Part shown: piece by piece, positions 22,801 to 37,240 of the stretch
Layout of the letters: the number at the start of each line of letters is the position of its first letter
Numbering within the stretch: position 1 is the stretch's first letter
DNA from: Proteromonas lacertae
Taxonomy: Eukaryota
NCBI GenBank assembly: GCA_002245135.1
Contig: NGBS01000004.1
Coordinates: 1 to 64,000, forward strand
Length of the DNA: 64,000 nucleotides
Direction of reading: 5' to 3'
The notes under the pieces: model-generated
What the model saw: the letters and a program-made list of their open reading frames with translations, nothing else
What the model was told of the DNA's origin: nothing
Databases searched by the model: none
Program-made: the position numbers and the translations under genes

Positions 22801-23210
22801 ACACATAATACATCACATATTAATATCATTAAACTCTCTTTGTCACCTGATATTGAATTTGTTTGAATTAAACACTCCAAATCAATTTCATAATAATCAG
22901 ATTTTATCAACAAACAGTTACGGCTATTCAAATAAAACAGATCCATTCTATAAAACATACTACAACGTAACTCTATTAATTTACTCTCTCTTTCTATTAT
23001 GCTATACACCACACCCATTTTTGTATTTTTTATGTCAAATATTTTTATTCTTATCTTTTCCTTATTCTCTTCTACAAACACTAAATTCTCACACACACTT
23101 TTGCCTTCATTTCTATGAACGTTTAAAGCAATTTTATAATAATTATTGGACTTAGATGGTAATAAGGACAACAAAATACCCTCAACATAAGAAATTGAAG
23201 AAAATATCAT
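19886..23210 (-). CDS. Pseudokinase fused to ribonuclease-inhibitor-type LRRs (multi-intron)
   Basis: Kinase C-lobe motifs (NLKSSNLL, FISPE, IWCIGCIFYE, PENRP) followed by many LxLxxNxIGDxG repeats across short-intron-separated ORFs. Confidence 0.8.
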
Positions 23211-23328
23211 TTTTGGAATTATATCGAAATATATTCGTTTTTTTTACATTTTTTGAAATTTCTTTTTAAACAAAATAAAATTACACAAACACAACAAATA
23301 TGCATTAACAAAACCAAAAAAATAAAAC

Positions 23329-25670
23329 TTATTCAAATACAGATAATTCATCCAATAATTTCTTCATCAATCTAGTCTTTTCATATATCTCTGGATATTT
23401 CTTTGATATTTCTTTGAATGTGTCATGTATAAATACCATTAAACCTTTTCGAACTACACTATTATCAACATTTCCTGTTAATCGAGCTATACATTGACCT
23501 AACACTTCTTTACTGCTATTACCAAGGAAATCTTTCAATAAAACAACCAAAAATAATTTCACTTGTTTGGAAGGATTTGAAAATTTTATATCTCTCAATA
23601 TTCCAAATGACAAAGTGAATTTCATTATCATGTGAGATAATAACTTCGCATAATTCGCTATCTTTCTTGATGGATAATTATCAATCTCTTTAAAGAAATC
23701 TTTAAATGATAATTTCAATGTAAATTTGTGACTACTGTTGAATGAACATAGATGATCAGCTAAATATGAATAATATGGATTATATAATTTCTCCTATTTA
23801 AAATACGATTAATATATATATTATACTTGACCACAACAATCTAACAAAACATGCATCACTTCTCGACATTGGATTTTGTTTAAATTCAACTTTTGTAATT
23901 GTTCAAAACAATTCATATAATCTTCACTTCCCATTATTACTACAAATATTGATCTTCTTATATCAGTGTTCATTCTCATTTCTTTTGCTAGATTCAATAA
24001 CGATTCTTTCTTTTCATTTGATAATGATGAAACTATATTATTAGTTAATGATTCTCCTACTGTATTATTATTATTATTATTATTGATAGCATCGGGTTTC
24101 CATTGCCCTCCTATTATCCACCATCTTCCTTTTGTTTCAACATTCTCTAAATCTTCTAAACTAATATTAAGTGGAGTATAATTTGATTTTTTCTATTTAT
24201 GAAATTATAATAACTATTATATAAATAAGTTATACTGATATAGTTTTGATTTGTTTTTTCATATTCTTAATTCTTTCTATTTCAGTTGCATAAGTAGTTC
24301 TTTCTCTGTTATTCTTCAAATCAACTATCATTTCAAATATGATTTTTGATTTTACTGATATTTCTTTATCATTTTCTGTATTTAATTCTTTGGCTTTATC
24401 TTTTACATCAACAATTATATACTTCAATGATTCAGGATCATCATTTCTCAATTGAAATCCACAAGTCTGCAAGCATAACAACAACAATTCTAAATCTAAT
24501 GGAGTAAATGAAGATATTAATTGTTTAATTATATCAAATATAATCCTACAACTAATACATTCAAATTCATATAAATAGATAATTGATAATAAAAAATTAT
24601 TCACTTTCTTATTGTAAATAAACTCAATATCTTTTGATTTTGCTTTTTCTTCGTTTGTCTTTTTGTATTCTTTAATATATTCATTATAGACTCTTTCTAA
24701 ATAATATCCACTTACATTATAACCATAAGCATACTATTAAAACATAAAAAAATATATAAAATATACAGAAACACCTGATATAATCGCACTGTATAATCTA
24801 TCAATTGATTGTATAACTTTAATCTCATTTCCTATTCCAGCAATTACTAATTCAGTTAAAATCATATTTACATCATTTTGTGGATTTGAGTGATATATTT
24901 CTATTATATTTTTCATTGTAATTATTAACGTTTCATCTCCTAATTTGTTTAATAAACTATTCACTGATTTTCTAAGTGTTGACAATTTTTCTATTTCTTT
25001 ATCACTTCTTTTTCGTAAATGTGGTGGGATGTATTTGTGTGTTTCTTCTCCTATTGTTCTTCCATAAATATCAGTCTTTATTTTTGTTGATTTCTCTTTT
25101 TTCTCTGGTTTAAGAAGTGATTCTTTCTCATCATCTTCTTTATTAAACATTTCTATATCTTCATCAAATATACTCATATCCTGCGATTGTTGTTGATTTT
25201 CTTCTTCCATTTCCTCTTCATTATTTATTTCTTCATCGTTTACTTCTTCTTCTTCTTCTTCTTCTTCTCTTCTTCTCTTCTTCTTCTTCCTCTTCTTCTT
25301 CTTGATCTACTTTCTTTGATTTTTTCATCTTTTGTTGTGAATTTATACTACTCTTATACAATCTATCTGCTCTTGAACCAATCTCATCTAAGAAATCTAA
25401 AATATCATCTCCAAATCCGTCCATTGCTAATTCTTTCGATAATTGTTGTTTGTTCTTTGAAGATTTCTTTAATCCCAGTTTTCTTTCTAAATATTCTATC
25501 TCCTCATCTTCTTTTGCTATTCCTGCATTGAGTTGACTAACTATTTAATTGAATAATATAAATCAACAATACTTGGCTTTGGTTGAGTTAAAGTTTTATG
25601 CACTTTTTGTTCTACATTATTATAAGATTCATAAACATACTTTTGTTGGGCGATTCCTTGCTTGATCCAT
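23329..25670 (-). CDS. NOM1: Nucleolar MIF4G/MA3 protein (NOM1/Sgd1)
   Basis: EDEEIEYLERKLG, KYIPPHLR, CGFQLRNDDP, GRWWIIG and MNTDIRRSIFVVIM motifs. Apparent indels in the GAA repeat near 25265. Confidence 0.9.
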
Positions 25671-25748
25671 GAGAAAAACGCCTTTTCATTTTCATACAAA
25701 AATACAAAATTAATACAGTTGTAATACAAGCCGTTTCGTATTATAAAA

Positions 25749-27718
25749 ATGGATGGTTTACAAGGAATTGTGAAGGTCATAGTTGATAAATGTGCTGAAA
25801 AAGGTGAAGTGGTATCAAGAGTATTAGCAGCATTTGTTGCAAGAACAGTATAATCTCTCATATACAATAATTAGATGGTTTTTGAAAATTCAACTCAATT
25901 TTGTTTAGATAAAGATATGAATGAAGATGATATAGACCATTTAATAAATTTGACTGTAGATAGATTGTTAGAAAAAGACAATCCTTCTTTAGAAACAATA
26001 AAAACTCAAGTGGCATTTGATCAATGTTATATCGATTCAGATGAAAAGGTAGAAAAAAAGAGACAAATATGGGAAGATAGAGTGAAAAGAATTCAAGCTG
26101 ATATTCTTTCTGTTGCTCCTAAAGGAACTAATGATTATGATAGTCTTATATTATTATATCGTCAAGTATGTTTCTATTTTTATTAACATTCTAAAATAGA
26201 TATTTTCATATTTAATGGTCTATTACGATGAACAAGCTAATAGAACAGCTGAAAAAGAAATAGTAGCAGCAATGGAAAGTGTATTCCCACGTGTAGGTTT
26301 AAAGAACTTCGTAGAAATGAGTGAAGGTGATAAATTATCACAATTAAGCGAATTAGCTTCAATAGTCTATGGTATTAGGTTATACAATAAAATGTGTGGT
26401 CAGGGAGGTGCTGGTATAGAAAATGTAAGAGATTTAGCCCTTCGAGAATCAATAGACACAATGAACACAATAAATGCAGAAATACAGGAAGTGAAAGACT
26501 TAGCTGGAAAATACAGTGAGGTATTAACATTTATACATTACCATAAAGATGAACCAGCTAAAGAAGAGCAAGAAATAAGATGGAAAGATGAATTAACTAA
26601 TGTTCGACAGTATTTATCCTACTTAGAAAGTCTATTAGATGATATATCTGAAATAACCACAAAAATTACAAGTTATTCTGAAAATTGGAAAGATGAATTG
26701 AATTCATTGAAAGATTTAATAGGAAGTAGAACATCCGTACCAAAGGAACAAGTTTATCCAAAATTCTCTAATTTATCATTAATATGGAATACTATTCAAG
26801 CTGCAAGAGAGAGATTAAATGCAAGAATTGAGGCATTAACTGAATTAAGAAAATGGAAGAGTACTTATACAAGAACATTACCTGCTGATATATTGAAGAG
26901 AGCAAGAATCGTATATATTATTATATTTTATTTATTTGTTACAATAGTTTGGACCTCCAGATGAAGAAGCAATCAATAAAGATGCAAAATCAATCAACGA
27001 ATCTGAAGAACCACCATCTGAACCAGTAGATCAATCTTTAACCACACGTTTAGTACTTCAGAATACACCTGAATTTTTACAATTACCATTAGCACTAGAT
27101 GGATACTGCTCTTGGACGTTAGTTCATCGTCATGGTATATTAATTCCTGGTATTCCAGAGTTGGGAGTTATTCAATATAAAAGTGGATTATATGTATTTA
27201 GTAATACTGAAGCAATCACAGCCTTCCAAGCCAATCCTCAGAAATACATTGATGGTGTATTAGAATGTGCTAGAAAGAATCCAGAGTTAATACAATTGTT
27301 GAATTTAGGTAGTTATTTCCCTAAAGTTGCATTGAGCAATTTTGTATCTAAATCCAATGGAGTTCATCCATTATTAGCAGAACCTCCTCCCAAAATGGTA
27401 GATGCAGCTACAGAGACACCAGTTCATTTTGTAGAGAAATATATCGATTACCAATATGAATGGAATGAATGGAATTTGAGAAGAAAAGCATTACAAATGT
27501 TGAAATTACAGAAGTGTAAAACTATTGGTTCACAGACTACAAGATCTGCGTTTAAGAGAGTTGCACAGACACAAGTATGGCCTGCTAGAGAACATGATAC
27601 ACAAACTATGGTGGATGATGGTACAAATCCAATAATGCAAAAGAATTATGTAATAGGTTTGAGAGGTAATCCAAATAATGTGAGTAAAACTGTTATATAT
27701 CGACATGAATATAAATAA
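25749..27718 (+). CDS. CFAP206: Cilia- and flagella-associated protein 206
   Basis: LAAFVART, PSLETIKTQVAFD, AAMESVFP, IVYGIRLYNK, VPKEQVYPKF, YEWNEWNLRRKAL and YVIGLRG motifs. Confidence 0.9.
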
Positions 27719-27779
27719 ATTAACAAAAAAATAATAATAAAAACAATAATAATAATAATTATCTATTTTTTGTTTTGTT

Positions 27780-28468
27780 TTATGTTTTATTATCCATGAT
27801 ATCTTGATCTATTTCAAATACACCTGTACTTGTTTGAAACATGTGTATTTCCATCAATTTAGCAGGCCATTTAACAAAAGAAGCGTGTATATGATTACCT
27901 TTCAAATCAGGCATGTCTCTTTTCAATTGCTTAATCATTCTCTTTGCTTTATAATATCCAATCATATATGAAAATGGCTTGAATCTAACTTTGTGAGTAA
28001 TTCTTATTGCTTCAGCTGGTTGAATATGTACAATTCTGAAATTTGTTTTGTTTAATATATCATCAACATATTTATTTAAATCATTTACTAAATAACCAGC
28101 ACACCAACGTAATTGTTCTTTTGGAAGTTCAAAATCGTTATTCCATGTGAATTCTGCGTATCCATATGCTGATTCCATCAAATGATCTACTTTTTCACAC
28201 TCTTCTGCTGCTTTTGTATATGCTTTACCCATTTGATTGAAAGATCCAGAGAATTCAAGACAACTAGAAATTATTGACTATTAGATATACATCACATCTG
28301 CAGCATCAACATGATAAAACCCTGCCTTGGTTTTCTTATATTGTATTAAGGTTTTTCAATTTAAATTACAATAAAAAAAGATATCTAAACGCACCGCCAT
28401 ATCCTAAAACGCTAAAAGCAGGTTAAAGGAATGATTGTAATAAGAGCAAATATAGAAGGAGCTAACAT
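27780..28468 (-). CDS. TEX264/GyrI-like domain protein with N-terminal hydrophobic segment; 5' part frameshifted
   Basis: FSGSFNQMG, NNDFELPKEQLRWCAG and LMEIH resemble the GyrI-like/TEX264 pattern. Confidence 0.45.
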
Positions 28469-29820
28469 TTGTTTCAACTATCGTGTTTTTCAGTCGTGTT
28501 TTATACTAATCGAAGTAATAAAACAAGCGCGTTGATTGAACATATTTTAGTAGATTATACACTCACTTCACAATAAACATCACACAAACCATTGAGTAAC
28601 CTGAAGGCAAACGCTATATACTATTCTATCATCGAAATTAATAATATATAAAATTCTTATCAGATGAAATTGACTGTAAGCACATTAATGTTTAGAAAGA
28701 TACACTTCTGAAAATACTAATAATGCTCTATAATACCTCGCATATATTCATGGTGATATTATTATCACTCTTACTGATCTGACTTTAATATAAACCCACA
28801 CATATGAATGACGAAATCTGATTGGTCAATTGTTTTTTAATAAATTCGTATCGTATGGATGATCAAGTACCACAATTCATCCAGAAACTTTATTACGTCC
28901 TATCAAACCACAAACATAATGGTATAATAAGTTGGAGCGTGGATGTATAATTTCCTTTATATAACCATTTAGGGCTCTTCTTTCGTGGTACATGACGTAA
29001 ATGTTTTTAAGAAGTGTATTCTCAAACCGATCTTTCATCATCCAAACTATAATTGCTTCATTCGAAAATTAACAACCTATCAGTATTGCTTATTTCATGC
29101 TATGATTAGATTTATGATGCAATGCATAAGCACATCATCCGTTCCAACTATATTTTCTCATCCTTGTTTTTTACGAGATAATCAAGACTGCCTTGATCAT
29201 TTCGCAATATCATGTTCGTCTAGTATTATAATATTCTATTGTAAATATAAATAGAACCAGAAACGCCAATTATTATGGCAATGGAAGGAGATACTGCTCA
29301 AATTCCAGTGTTAATATTATAAATGACAATTTAAATATATTTATGACCATTATTTATTAGGATTGTTGTTTTTCATGTGTTTGTTGGTTGATATAACAAC
29401 AAAATAAAAAATCTTATGAAGATTTCATTATATTTAAAATGCATATCAACATGCTGTTTCCATAATTTTATGATTCATATGCTTCAATTAATCATTAAAA
29501 ATGAGATTATTGAAAAGAACAACAATACAATTAAATACACTGTATTCATTTTAGATGTATTTAAGGGGGTATTGAAATAATGTTCAATTAAATAGGACTT
29601 TCTATTCATTCAAAATAATCCAACCAACTCTTATTCAAGTATGATTTCTTTTTTTAATCTACTCTACGGCTTATATGTTGATGTTTTATTTTTTATAAAC
29701 TGATTATCACCTTATAATAGACTTGTCTACAAGTTTTAAGGATTAAATATGATAATCTGATCTAACTTTATGATCTTAGCTTTAAATTATTCTGAATTTA
29801 TATTTATTGTATTAATAGAA

Positions 29821-29898
29821 ATGAGAGAAAAGTGGAAGAAGAAGCGTATGCGAAGACTGAAGAGAAAGAGAAGAAAGATGCGACAGAGAGCAAAGTAA
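29821..29898 (+). CDS. RPL41: Ribosomal protein eL41 (eS32)
   Basis: Translates to MREKWKKKRMRRLKRKRRKMRQRAK* (25 aa); too short for the ORF track. Confidence 0.95.
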   Translation: MREKWKKKRMRRLKRKRRKMRQRAK

Positions 29899-30129
29899 GC
29901 GTCTTATTGATAACCATTTAATATGGATCATTTGTGTATTGGTTTTAGGATTAAGCTATTTCATAAATATCAAAATTGTTCCAAGAATGATTGAAATCTG
30001 AGTGATATATATAAACCATAAAGAGTAATACTTCATTTCAACATCTTCTGAGTGTATAGTACTTACATAAATAATAATTATTTAATAACTAAAAAAATCA
30101 TAAAAATAGTCTATAATTATATATTTACA

Positions 30130-30756
30130 TTATTCATAATCAATTGAATTATTGTATCTTAAGTCCTTTATCAATTTTATTCTTATAGCAGTTCTTTCAT
30201 CTCCATTTAACACATCTTCAACAAACACACATTCAACCATTATCATAATCATTTCACAAGCACCTCTTATCACTCCACAAAGTAAATTACTATAGAACAA
30301 ACCATGATACTTTTCTGGGATTTCAACAAAATAAGTGAAAGGATTTTCATTGAATACTATATAGCAAAACTAAAAACAATCTAATCATACCTAAAAAACA
30401 TTCAGTATTAGTTTCATTCCAATCTGCTTCTTCAGCTGTTATTCCTAAGAACAATTTTAGTGCACTTTTTGCAATTGCAGTCAACCATAGTCTTGAAATC
30501 CTTTGGTGGAGGTGGTTCACATCTGCATAAAAATTCTTCTATAATTCTTTGACCAATATTGTAACTATCATACAAAAATATAATTAACAAGTGTCAATAC
30601 CCCATTTTATCCAATTGCTCATTTACTAACTTCACTTCTTCGAAATCTTTGAACAATTGAATAACTAAAGATCCATAAGTTCAAAGCAAAGAATTCTCCA
30701 CTTACTTTTGTCATAGAATCAAATAATGAATCTTTAGATTTCGATGATTTAGACAT
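30130..30756 (-). CDS. BET3: TRAPP subunit Bet3 (two introns, two apparent 1-nt insertions)
   Basis: EFFAL-TYGSLV, VNEQLDKMG-YNIGQRIIEEFL, ENPFTYFVEIP and YSNLLCGVIRGACEM motifs. Confidence 0.9.
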
Positions 30757-30907
30757 AAGATCTAAAAAAATAGACTAACAAACCTCAAACTTTATTCTTA
30801 AAAGAAAGTGTTTTTCTTGATGCCTGAGATAGAAACACCTTATATAGAAGGAGTATTAGTTATATATTAATATGATCTATAGATATCTAATATTATAAGA
30901 TACAGAA

Positions 30908-32137
30908 ATGACACAATGGACTTATGCAACAATATTTACGACTTTTTTGTTAAAGACAATCATGATGTATGAAAATGAGATAATATAAACTAGGTTGATA
31001 AACAAGTTATAGATTATATCAAAGCAAAGTTGAATGATCAAAATACTGGTATTAAACTAGTATTTTTTACTAAATGTTATATAATTTTAATATAGCAAAA
31101 TATACAACACAATTGTTCAATATGTAAAACACCAAGAAATGCACAAAATGAATGGAAATTACTAGCCAATCCATCGACAAATAAAAGTAAACTATTAGAA
31201 ATCATATTTCCAATATTAATATGTGAAAAATGTTATAGAATACACATTCTACAAGAAACAAAGACAATATTTGAAGTAGGAATTGCAGTATTACCAATCA
31301 CATTAGATAATATAAAACATTCTCAAAATACATCAACCTCCATGACATCTGCATCCTCATTATATGATTCAGTAAGTGGAATGGAAACAATGAAAGTTCA
31401 AACATTACATAAATCAAAATCATTATCAAAATCTTTAGTATTTACAAGTCAATCACCATCCAAAGTTAATAAGTTAAAATCAAACACAAGTACTCCAAAT
31501 TCAAATACTCCCACTAACAATAGAAGTATGAAATCTTCATCACCAAAACCAGCACAATTACAACAGCCACCACCATCATTACAAGAAGTTAATATTAAAC
31601 AAGATAATGAAAATAATGAAATAAACAGAAATGAATCTTTACAAATAAACAATCCAATTCCAAAGAATGAAGTTAATACAAATCTAAGTAGTACAATAGC
31701 TACAATTTCATCATTACAACTACCACCCAATGCTGCACAAATGCCTAAGTGTTCATTCAGTTCAATTACAGAAAGTAAACACATACAATGAGAATCGTAA
31801 AGGAATAAAAAGAGGAGAATATGATGAAGAGAAATGTTCAATGTTGCAGAAGAGAAGTAATGGTTTTTTCAAGAAGTGGAAATATGTTTGTGTAGTATTA
31901 TCTGGTGAATATTTGTTGGTGTTTAATAAAGCGGATGATAAAGTTCCTAAACATGTTTATAATATAAAAGGATGTATAGTTGATCATGATGATAAATTGA
32001 GTGTGAAAAATTTGCCAAATGTATTTGAAGTTAATTGTAAAGAAAAAGATAAGAAAGTTGTTGTTTATTTTGCTACTAATAATAGTGTTGAAGATGAATA
32101 TGATTGGATTAATGCAATAAGAAACAATTCAAAATAA
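30908..32137 (+). CDS. Protein with CxxC..CxxC region, low-complexity linker and C-terminal PH domain; frameshift at about 31740-31790
   Basis: LQKRSNGFFKKWK...VFEV...YFAT...DWINAI is a PH domain; CSIC and CEKC lie upstream. Start uncertain. Confidence 0.7.
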
Positions 32138-32179
32138 TTATTATTATAACTCTGTTTAATTAAATGTATTAATTAATTA

Positions 32180-34167
32180 TTATTCACTTATTTCTTCCAC
32201 TTTATAATTTGAAAATAAAGCATCATCAAAGAGTGGAAATAAAGCTCTTCGCTGTTGTAATCTCAAATGATGACAACTAACAAATCTGTGAATACTTAAT
32301 AATATCTGTCCATCTGAAAACAAAGATGGATAATCTTTCTTCATTCTTAATAAAGATGAAGCACATTTTTTATATGATAATAAGTTACACAATCCACTGA
32401 TAAACCTCATCATTTCATTCAACTTCTTTGTATCTTCAGGAGGTAAGTTTATATGTATTGGTTCTGAATCTCTGTCATACATTAATGGCTCATCATATTC
32501 TTCTTCATCGAATTCTTCATCTTCATCTTCTTCATCATAATATTCATTCTCTTCACTACTTGATCCTGTCCTTATTTTCTTTAATTTTATACCACTATAA
32601 CTATCATCAAATTTATTTTTATGTTTACTATTATCAGTATTAAGATTGAATATTTCATTCACATTTTCAGGTAAAGCTATTGGAATAGGTGAATGAGGTA
32701 GTTTTTTCCAACCATAAGCTTCAATTTCTTTAATTGTCTCTGTATTACTAGCGATTAATCCCATTATGAAGTAAGCAGTACCTCTCAACGAAGGATGAAC
32801 ACTTCTTTCAGCTAATTCAACTAACATTGGGAAAAATGAAGGAATTGGAGTTCTTTCACCATTAATCTCTTCTTCTGTGAATAATTTATCATTTAATAAT
32901 TCACAACCACCTTTGGTAGTATAAACATGACCTAATGCCCACAATGATTGTTTCTTTTCTAATAAAGTTGTCTCATTGGATAATATCATACTATTATATT
33001 TCTCTAAATTGCCATATTGATTTAATATTTCACATCCTTCTTTAGTTTTAGCTAAACATCCATATAAATGATCTGGAATAGGTGTTGATAATGGTATTGA
33101 TGGTTGAATATCTAATGTAAATTCAATCTTTGTTAATGATGGTGTATTTTGATTTGTATTACCTTGTCCACCTGCTGTTGCAGTTGATATAATCTTAGAT
33201 GATTTCATTGATGATATACTGGTTGTAGCTGTTGTAGCTATTGATGTTGTAGATGTATTACCACCACCTAAACCTCTTTTGCTTGATTTCTGTGTTAGAT
33301 CAATAAACCAACTGGCAACACTATTCTGTTCACTACATACTGTAGAGGATTGTGCATTTTGATTGGCTTCTAATACATATTTTCTAAGTGTAGAATGTGT
33401 TAGTTTAGTAACATAAGGAGAATCTTGTAATTTACTGATTATATTATTAATAGACATATCTTTAACTTCTAATAATTCACCATTTTGTGTAACAAAGTAA
33501 GAGCCAATAAATAACATAGCATGTAATTCTTCTCCTGTTTGAATTGGATAAGGAGTTGATAAACCAACTGGTGATATTACATTAGCACATATTCTAATAT
33601 CATTTTCAATAGTACAACCTGATTCATACAAATGTTTACGAATATGACTCAAATCTACATAAGTATCAGTATTTAATAATGTTATACCACCTGCTCTACT
33701 GATGGATATAATTTCTATTTTGAATGGAATCCATAGTAGCCATTCTAAACATCATTTCTCCACCGTTTAATATATCCTCAATATATTTACGACTAGTCCA
33801 AAATGGAATGGAACATGGTGAACTTTTATCAACTCTACGACGTTGAGTTCTATCAAATCCTTCAGCTAATGCACTTTCTAAAGATGTTACGTAATTGGAT
33901 AAACCGTTAAACTGCCATGCTGATAATTCTTCATTTACCCATCCTTTTAACTTCTCAAATCCTTCACTATATTTGATCATTTTCATGAATAAATAACCTG
34001 AATTATTCAATTCATTCAACTGTGGTTTACAACTGAGAAATGCTTCCAAGTTCTGTTCTTTATCTATTGCTTCGTATAATACTGAGATTGCTGTAGAGGA
34101 AACATCTTGTTCAAGTGATAATTGTGATGCTAATAATGGAATACCCCAAATATGAAAATTAGGACTC

Positions 34168-34202
<35 letters not shown>

Positions 34203-34285
34203 TAAATAATAATAATAATAATAATAATATAAATAATAATAATAATAATAATATAAATAATAATAATAATAATAATAATAATATA

Positions 34286-34319
<34 letters not shown>

Positions 34320-37080
34320 TAAATACATTCTTTCTAACTTCTGATCTTAATATTCCCAATATAAATAATCTCAATGACTTAGTTCCAAAAGTACACCAGC
34401 CTTGTATTAGTTCTCTACTGGATTCATTATCATTATAAGATAATCTACTTAATAATAATCTTGCTATATAATCAAATCGTGGAGATCTTGTCATTGATTT
34501 TATTATATCTAATATCTTTGATTCTTTTAATAAATTTGTACCATTTTCAGTGTGTAATAAAGTAGCGATTATTACTATATATAAACTAGACATTGTCCTT
34601 TGAACACTACTGGGTGAAAATAATTGTGTTAATTCTAAGGTTGTTTCTGTAGAAGTCATACTAATTTCTAATAATGAGTGTAAATTTTTATATAATAAAT
34701 CCATTAAATTACCATATTTATTATCTTTCAATATATTCAAACCATCATTCGTAGCCATACATACTCTTGTCCATAACACAACAGCAGTAGTAATAACAGG
34801 TGATAAAGAGAGTGTAAATTGTATATTCAATATATTATCATTGCCTTCTTCACTTACTGGCAACATAAACTCAGTGATTTTTTTCATAAACTTTGTCTTA
34901 TATAATTCAATAGTATTTTCTTCATTTAATAATGCAAATTGAAACGTATTCACAACTGTATTCCAATTCCAATTATGTGGATCTTTATTCTGTAGTATTT
35001 GGGTACTTTTTATCAATTTACCTAAATGATTCGTTTCATGAAAGGTTTGATAGTTTGTCGTAAATACTCTATTACTTTGTACATTTCTATCTAACAGTGG
35101 AGCTTGTAAACATACAATATGATGCTTTTCAATTAAATTAATCATAGAAACTAAGTTAGATAAATCTTCACAATACAATAATAAAGTTGAATTTACATTA
35201 GTATATAATGAATCCAACAATAACTTTGTAAAATCATTGTCATTTGGAGCACCAGGTTGTTTATGTATAACCGCTGTTGCACGAATATAATTACGTTGTA
35301 ATACTGGATCATCCATTTGGTTAGTATATTGCGTTGATATTGATACTAGTCTATCCAATGTAGCTAAATGTATATAGTCATTATCAGTGATTAGTAGATA
35401 AGATAATCGTAATATTTCACTCATTAAACTACAAGCAATACTACTTAGTTTATCATCAGTACTTGTATAAGATAAATAAGTTAATGCATCAAATAGATTG
35501 TTATTAATAAATGCATATAATAATAATGATAAATAACTTGTTAATAAGTTAGTTTGTGGAGAAATAACATTCTGTGAACGATTAATCATTAATTTTCTCT
35601 TATTCCACGCTGGTAATAAATATCTGGAAGTATACGTAACATTATTATTATTATTATTATTATCACTTCTATTCCTACATAAACCTAATATATCAGAAAA
35701 TAAATTCAATATTTCAGTTTTCAATTCATTGGAAGATGGTAATGTTAATAAATCAATTAAAGACCTTAAACCACTGTTAGATGTAGGAGTTGAAAGTATT
35801 AAAAAACTAATCCAATTCCTCATACATAATAATAATACTTGATGACAACATTCCCATTTCTTCTTCTTATCTTGAGCTTCACAGTAGTTATCTTCAGTGT
35901 ATGGAGCTATTACAGATTCTAACTCCAAATTGACTCGAATAAATTTCTTATTTTTAGGATCTTCCATTATAAACAACAATGATAATAAAATTGAATCAGC
36001 AACATCTTGTAATGAAGGTTCTAATAATGAATCAAATAAAGTTGTTATTCCTCTACATTCACTTACCCATACTGGATTATGAAGTGCTAATATTCTCAAA
36101 GATTCTAAACAAACTCTTCGAAAATTATCATCAGGATCTGAGGCAACCGCAACTATGGATGAAATTATAGTCGTTGGTAAACCTAATGGTTGCATTTCGA
36201 TCCATTTCTTTATACATTTTAACGCTTGCATTCTTTCCCATACATATCGTTTATCTCTCTCTAAGGCTCTAATTAGATACAAATCAATATGATATAATAA
36301 TAAATATTCAATCATTTCTTCATTTATTAGTAAATATCTAACTCCTCTTAAACCATTACCTCTTATTATTGAATCTTTTGAGATGATTAAATCGTGTAAT
36401 AAATCATAATATTTATCACGATGTTCCCATATTTCTGGCTTTTCTTTAAGGAACTTTATATATCTTTGTAATGCAGAGGATAATTCCTTCCTTTGACCTA
36501 CTGTTATACATTTCTTAATTTGATCACTTATTTCTTTGAAATTATTCATTACTGAATCTTTCTTTGATTTTGATTTTATTTTGACTGTTGTATTTACTGT
36601 ATTTTCTAGAGGCACTAGTGAGAATGTATCGTCTACTGGTAATAGATTCTCTGGTGGAATGAATGTTGCATGTTGTGGTGTTAAATATTTATGTGGACTT
36701 AATGTGGGTGATGGTGGACCTGGACGATCTTCAGGTATTGGCATTTCTTCTTTAATATCTTCTAATGTTGAGGTTAATTGTGGTGAATATGATTCAAAAG
36801 AAGAACTGGTTCTTAGTTTTCTTGGACTATCATCAGCTGTTAGGGGAGGTGGTTCTGGTATTGGAGAACTAGGAGGAGGTTCCAGTGGCTCTTCAATCTT
36901 GAATTTGTCATGAGAAGCTTTTCTATGGGAAGTTTCTGTTTCTAAGGAGAAATCATATTCTCCAGAGTTTTTATGATGAGGAGTAAAGGCGTCTTCATTT
37001 ACACTTGAGAAAGAAGAAGCTATATAATAGAGTTAAATTGAAATACTTTGTAATGTAAATGATTGCGGCTCCATTGTCAT
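32180..37080 (-). CDS. RICTOR: TORC2 subunit Rictor/Avo3
   Basis: ERMQALKCIK, VCLESLRIL, WGIPLLASQL, SLWALGHV and LRGTAYFIMGLIA...YGW motifs. Intron 34167-34326; apparent frameshift near 33750. Confidence 0.9.
34168..34320. repeat. (TAA)n microsatellite with periodic ATATAA interruptions, inside a RICTOR intron
   Basis: Read directly. It accounts for the false poly-Leu at the end of ORF 34159-36744. Confidence 0.95.
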
Positions 37081-37240
37081 ATTTAGTATCCTATTTCTCT
37101 CGTTGGATCTTGCGAAATAAACAAAATATTTTCTTATTCAACTCAAGCTTTAGGTTTGACTTGATTCATTTTTTCTTTTAAAATCTCTTCGGTAGATTTA
37201 ATAACACAGAGAAGCTGACCTCTATTCAATTCTATTGAAT

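Noticed and set aside
28560..29300. Slightly GC-richer stretch with short ORF 28985-29254
   Set aside because: No recognisable motif or consistent frame; may be a decayed gene but cannot be supported.
30908..32137. PH protein next to RICTOR as SIN1 (TORC2 gene pair)
   Set aside because: No CRIM or RBD region is recognisable, and PH domains are common.
34159..34330. Poly-Leu/Phe/Ile tail on the 861-aa ORF as a membrane anchor
   Set aside because: It is a translated microsatellite intron; splicing restores the Rictor sequence.
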